Source: Macrostomum lignano (lineage: Eukaryota). From it: a stretch of 64,000 bases of DNA. A program made the translations under genes and the position numbers. The notes under the pieces are model-generated. The model ran no database searches, was not told the origin of the DNA, and saw nothing but the letters and a program-made list of their open reading frames with translations. Shown here piece by piece: positions 58,819-64,000 of this stretch. The stretch is from the NCBI GenBank assembly GCA_002269645.1, contig NIVC01000107.1, positions 248,001-312,000 of the forward strand. The letters run 5' to 3'. The first letter of the stretch is position 1; each line of letters opens with the position of its first letter.

Positions 58819-61442
58819 GAGGCGCTGCGTGCTGCGGACGGACGGGTGGGCGAGGCCGTGGATGGCGTCGGAGAGGGGGCGTCGGAAATTCGGCGGCACC
58901 AATGGGCGCAGCCGGCCCGTGGAGATGTCGCAGAGCAGGGCGACTCCAGGGCTGAGCTGCAGCAGCTCGAGCTGGAGGCTGGCATCGGCCTGGCTGGCCG
59001 ATCGGCCGCCTGCGCCATGGCCGCGAAATCCACGCCGGGGAGCAGCCTGGCCTGCACCGAAGAGACCTTGCAGCGGGACAGCGCGTCTGCGACCGAGTTG
59101 TCCTTGCCCGCCACGTGCTGGATGTCCGTGGTGAACTCGGATACGTAGGCCAGGTGGCGCTGGTGCCAGGCGGACCACGGGTCAGACATCTTGGACATGG
59201 CGGCGACCAGCGGTTTGTGGTCTGTGAAAGCGGTGAATGCGCGGCCCTCGAGGAAATAGCGAAAGTGCCGGACCGCGAACTTCGAAGGCGCTGTACTTCT
59301 GCTCGGGCGGGCAGAGCTGCCGGCTGAAGAAGGCGAGCGGTTGCCAGGCGCTGCCAACCCCCTGCTCGGGCGCCGCGCCGACTGCGGTACCGGAGGCGTC
59401 GACGTTGAGGGCGAGGGGCGCGTCTGGCCGCGGGTGCGCCAGCATGGCGGCGGAGGCCAGCGCCCGCTTTGCTCTGTCGAAAGCGGCGGTCAGCTCGGGC
59501 GTCCACCGGACGAACTTCTCCTTGCCGGCCATGGCCGCATGGATGGGGCGCAGCAGCTGGGCGGCGCGCGGCACGTAGCGGTGGTAGAAATTCACCATGC
59601 CGGCGAACTCCTGCAGGCCCTTGACGGTGGCTGGTGGTGCGAACATGGCGATGGCGTCGACTTTGGTGGGCAGCGGCACGGCTCCCTGGGCGCTGATCCA
59701 GTGGCCGAGGAAGTCGATATCGCTGCGGCCGAACTCGCACTTGGCCGGGTTGACGATAAGGCCGTTGTCGGCCAGGCGCTGGAACAGCGTCCGCAGGTGC
59801 TCCATGTGCTGCTGCCGGCTTTGGTTAGCGACCAAGAAGTCGTCGATGTAGGCGAAGACGAAGTCCAGGTCTTGGAAGACGGAGTCCACCAGCCGCTGGA
59901 AGGCCTGGGCAGCGTTCTTGAGGCCGAACGGCATTCGCAGGAATTCGAAGAGGCCGAACGGGGTAGTGACGGCTGTCTTGGGCACGTCAACTGTGGCCAC
60001 AGGCACCTGGTGGCAGCCACGGACGAGATCGATCTTGGAGAAGGCGCGCTGAGAAGTCCTGGATGTGCCAAGTGCTGTTGATCCGGCGAACGATGCCGAG
60101 CTGCTCCAGGAGCCGGAACTCCTCCTTGGCCACCGCCAGCTTGTCCGGCGGCAGGCGGCGAGGGCGGGCGTGGACCGGCGGGCCCTGCGTCGGGATGTGG
60201 TGCTCCACCCCGTGCCGTGGCGCAGCCCGCTGGAAACTGGGCTCGGTGAGGGCAGGGAACTCGGCCAACAGCTGGCTGTACGGGTCCTCAGCGGTGGCTG
60301 CGGCGAGCTGCAGTCCGGGCCCCGCGCCGTCCAGCAGGTGCACGCTGGCGAGCGAGCGGGCGTCCAGGAGGCGCCGGTGCGGCAGGTCCACCAGCAGGCC
60401 GTGATGCCGCAGAAAGTCGGCGCCGATCAGCGGGCGGGAGACTTCGGCTAGTATGAACGGCCAGGAGCAGCGCCGGATGCCGAGGTCCAACGTGAGCTGG
60501 CAGTGCCGAAGGTGCGGATGAGGCTGCCGTTGGCTGCGAAGAGCGGCGGGCCTGGCGAGTGCAGGCGGGCGTCGGAACCGGCGACGGGGAAAATGCTGAC
60601 CTCGGCGCCGGTGTCGACCAGGAAACGCCAGCCTGTCTGCACATCCGGGATGAGGAGCAGGCTGCTGCTGTTGCCGGCCGTCGAGCTGTTCACTGACGGC
60701 CGGCCTGCCCGTTTCCCTGGAAGCTGTACGGGGGCTCGCAGCGGCGGGCCTTCGCACCGAAGCGACGGTGAAAGAAACACAGGCCGTCGTCCGGGCGGTG
60801 TTGCCGAAGCCGGCTCTGTCTGGCGCCCTTGCTGGCCGCAGAGACCGCCGGCTGGGCTTGCTGGACTGGGTCTGCCGCCGGCTGCTGGACGGAGGCCGCG
60901 ACCAGCTGCGGCCGCCGGCCGGCTGGCCCAGAGCTTGTCCACCTGCTGCGCTGCTGCCCGGGGGTCCGCGAAACTGACGGTTGTCATGGCCATGCGTACC
61001 TCCGGTGGCAGCTGTGGCAGAACAGCTCCTCGAACAGCAGGCAGGGGCGGTGTGGTTCCCCAGCAGGGCGAGCATCTCGTCCATCAGCTCGGACGGCAGC
61101 CGGTCGTCGAGGCCGGACATGCTGAGCAGGCGGCTGGCCCGCTGCTGAGGATTCAAATCGAAAGTGCTGTTGAGGCGCTCCTTTAGCTGAGCGTACTTGT
61201 TCGCATCCGGAAGATCCTCGAGCACATCGAACAGGCGCTCTGCTGTCTGCTGGTCAAGAGCTGCGACGACCAGATGGGCGTACTGTATCGTCCTTGAGTG
61301 ATGCCTCTCGGGGTAACTGAGCTTTGGCCTGGATGAACCAGGCTCGAGGCTGGGCCGCCCAAAACGTGGGCAGCTTCAGGAGGGACCCAGCAGAGTCGGT
61401 TTGTTGGGCCATTGCACGAAATGGCTGCGTAGGGCTCACCAA
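58819..61442 (-). mobile_element. Ty3/Gypsy LTR retrotransposon, degenerate gag-pol (gag ATG 61412), interrupted by the LINE
   Basis: Gag KLPTFWAAQPRAWF, protease FLVDTGAEVS, RT MPFGLKNAAQAFQR...YIDD, RNase H VDASGTAVGA and FTDHKPL, integrase HGLAHP. Several frameshifts and small deletions (e.g. the RT N-terminus at ...NST/WHIQDF). Confidence 0.93.
61428..61441 (-). promoter_or_regulatory. Primer-binding site of the Gypsy element (tRNA-Trp-like)
   Basis: ...gcttCA-T-TGGTGAGCCCTACG follows an LTR-type CA end and matches the vertebrate tRNA-Trp PBS TGGTGACCCCGACG (recalled) at 12/14. Confidence 0.6.
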
Positions 61443-61640
61443 TGAAGCGCGGCTTGCGAGTTGTAGCTAAGCGAGCAAAAAGAGCTTGTGATATTTTTTC
61501 AGCATAGTTATTTATACATAACGAGAATAGGGAGGTGTGAGTCAGATCGAACTGGCTAGCTGGGCAAAACTCCCCAGCAGCCAGACGTGCAGGGGTCTGT
61601 GCAGTGTACAGGCGGGCCCCGCTCTCAGCCGTTGAATTTG
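61443..61640 (-). mobile_element. Probable 5' LTR of the Gypsy element (outer boundary uncertain)
   Basis: Ends in CA adjacent to the PBS and contains a TATA-like tataaata; no second LTR is in the window to confirm its length. Confidence 0.4.
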
Positions 61641-64000
61641 ATTGATTAAAAATTTCTAAGCTTAATTTTAAGTTCAAACTAAACTTGAATTAATTCAGTT
61701 GAAGATTTTAACCAGTGTCCTTTTTATTTAGGATTTGATAGAGAATGCGGTAGTCGTGCGAAATTTTTGTGAATACCAAAAATATATACTTTTGTACATG
61801 TATGCAATACACAAACACAAAATATGCAAAAAGATGAAATACTAAGCTAGTAATAATTTGATTAGAACGTAAATTCATTTTACATATGCATAGACAAAAC
61901 TCTAAAAATCAGAAATTGCTATCGTACTGAAAGTGGAATAGAAAACAGATTTTTATAACTAAAATCATATACCAGCTGTGAGAAAGTATATAGTAAAGCG
62001 ACAAAAATATTAGAAAGCCCTTAAAACAGTATTTTTGTGCTCGAACATGAGAAAAAAATTGCAGAGTAAGACTGAAGAAGAGGCATATGGATTTTCCTCT
62101 GCATTTTTTCCTTTTAGAGCAAAATCGGCAGAAAAAGACCTGGTTCTCAAATGTGCAGCAAAATCTGCAATCCGTAATTCCCAGAAACGAGACTAAAGCG
62201 TAATGTTACTTTACGCGAAAATTTAAAAGGTTTTTTCCTTGCTTGCTCATTTCGAAAACTTAATTCTCGTCTCGGCGGCTTGCTCGCACAACCCGGAACA
62301 GGAAACTAGCCGCACGATCAGCGGGAATAAAATTGCGGGAGGGGATTAGCTCATTTGTTAGTTAGTAATTTACGGTTTACAGCCGTGATCTAAAGTGGTC
62401 ATGGCTCAATCAATACCTATAAAATTTCAGGAACACTTTCAAGTAAGTTCGAATTCATTCTAATTTCATGTCTGATTCTGAAAAGGACTAAAAAGAGCAG
62501 TGTATTCGAGCTAAAATTCAAACTGAAAATTTTAACTTGCAATGTTTATTAAGACCTATTTAATGGGCAAGAATTAAATATATGTATTGTATTAAATGTT
62601 AGTTGATCCAGATCCAGTGTGTGTAGGGGCCAAGGCCCAGAGCTATGTCCTCAACTAGAGTCTAGAGTCTAGACTCTAGTTTTAAATAGAATCTAAATAG
62701 AATTTTTATGATAGCTATAGGTCAAAATGGCAATAGATCAAAAAGGTTGTCAAAAAGTGACAGTCAGAATTAGCAATGGACCAAATATGGATTTTTGCAA
62801 GTTTCTAAAACCAAATCTAAATTTACAAAAAATCAAATCCAAATATCTGAAGTGTTTCCAAATTTAAGCAAAAAGTAAAAGGTAAATGGCAAAAGTAACT
62901 ATAACATTTTTTAAGTAACAAAAATGCTTTAGCATCTAATTAATGATCTAAGCAACTAATATACTGTAAGTGAAATTTAAGTGAGATTGAAAGTATTGAA
63001 ACTTAGTAGAGAATAAGTAAGTTTAAATTGAACATAATTCCTATATATCTAATCTAGCTAATTCTAACTACTAATGCAAATTTATGTTACATTTGTGTTT
63101 TTGAGAATGTTCTTGAATCTTAAAAATGCTTTACCATAATCTATAAGTCCATGCATTTGCATTTTGAAGAAAAAAGAACTAATGATTACACTTAAAAAAT
63201 GATTGCCAAAATGTTTCTGCAACTTTAAGTTCAATGCCTCAAAGGTCTTAAAGTTTATAACTTTACTTTATATAAATTTCTTTCAAATATGTTATTGCAA
63301 AAATGAATAATATGATATAAAATGTTGCATTTTTGTTTTTTAATATACTTTCTTATGTTGTAGGGCTTACTTCTATCCTTATAAATAATCCTAACTGGTT
63401 AGCCACCAAAGTTGTTACAGTGATTATTTCTTTTTACTGATCTTACTGGTTATTATTTGCCTTTTTACTAGTAGCGCATATATTTCAATTGGTAGTATCT
63501 AGTTTCATACCATAGTCCAAATCATGGCAAGAATATATAGGAATAAAAATTATAGTTTTTTAAATTTTATGTTAGTATAAAATTTAACAGTGAATTATGG
63601 TGAGTAGAAAGTTGCTTTTATGCCAACTTTTGTAGAGAATATATATATTTTTAGTAATACAAGAGTTTTCTTAAACTTTAAAATGTCTGTTTTAGCTAAA
63701 AACTTCTATTTTTCATTTTAATTTTGTTCTCATAAAAGGTGTTATTTTTTCCATTTTTGTTTCCAGTTATTGTTAAATGAACCTTTGTTGGTTGATATTT
63801 AACTATACCATTTACACTAAACCTGAACTTGGCTTTTTTGTATGCCAACTGTGTGCTCTTAATGTTGAACCTAAAAATTCTATATGCTAAATGTATACAC
63901 CAGGATACACCAAGCAAAAATACACTAGAATTTTCTAGCATTAAGGCCTACTTTTTGGATAGTTTACCCCCAATTTGCCGAATCCCAATTTGCTGATTCC

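Noticed and set aside
62655-62682. Palindrome ctagagtctagactctag
   Set aside because: A short self-complementary expansion of a tctaga motif, with no associated structure or second copy.

Overview
Eukaryotic (metazoan) genomic DNA. GC-rich spliced exons, very dense minisatellites and AT-rich intergenic blocks suggest a repeat-rich invertebrate such as a Macrostomum-like flatworm (inference, not provable here). Host genes: a 2-exon rhodopsin-class GPCR, ALDH6A1 (5' exon not found), a 7-exon USP1-like deubiquitinase, a neurensin-like gene, intronless TXNDC9 and SID-1/SIDT genes, and a 4-exon CIB1-like EF-hand gene. Mobile DNA: a full-length RNase H-bearing LINE (52930-58818) nested in a Ty3/Gypsy element with a 14-bp target-site duplication, the 5' part of a related LINE (1-1747), decayed RTE-type LINEs, a second Gypsy fragment, and a foldback element with ~520-bp inverted arms around a spliced, decayed Ulp1-protease/PHD-finger gene. 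Main result: both related LINEs start exactly at a sequence that folds by hand into an HDV-like self-cleaving ribozyme with an unusual AC/GU P1.1. This 5' module is highly conserved while the two ORF1 proteins are strongly diverged. All folds, splice models and family assignments were made by eye and need computational confirmation.
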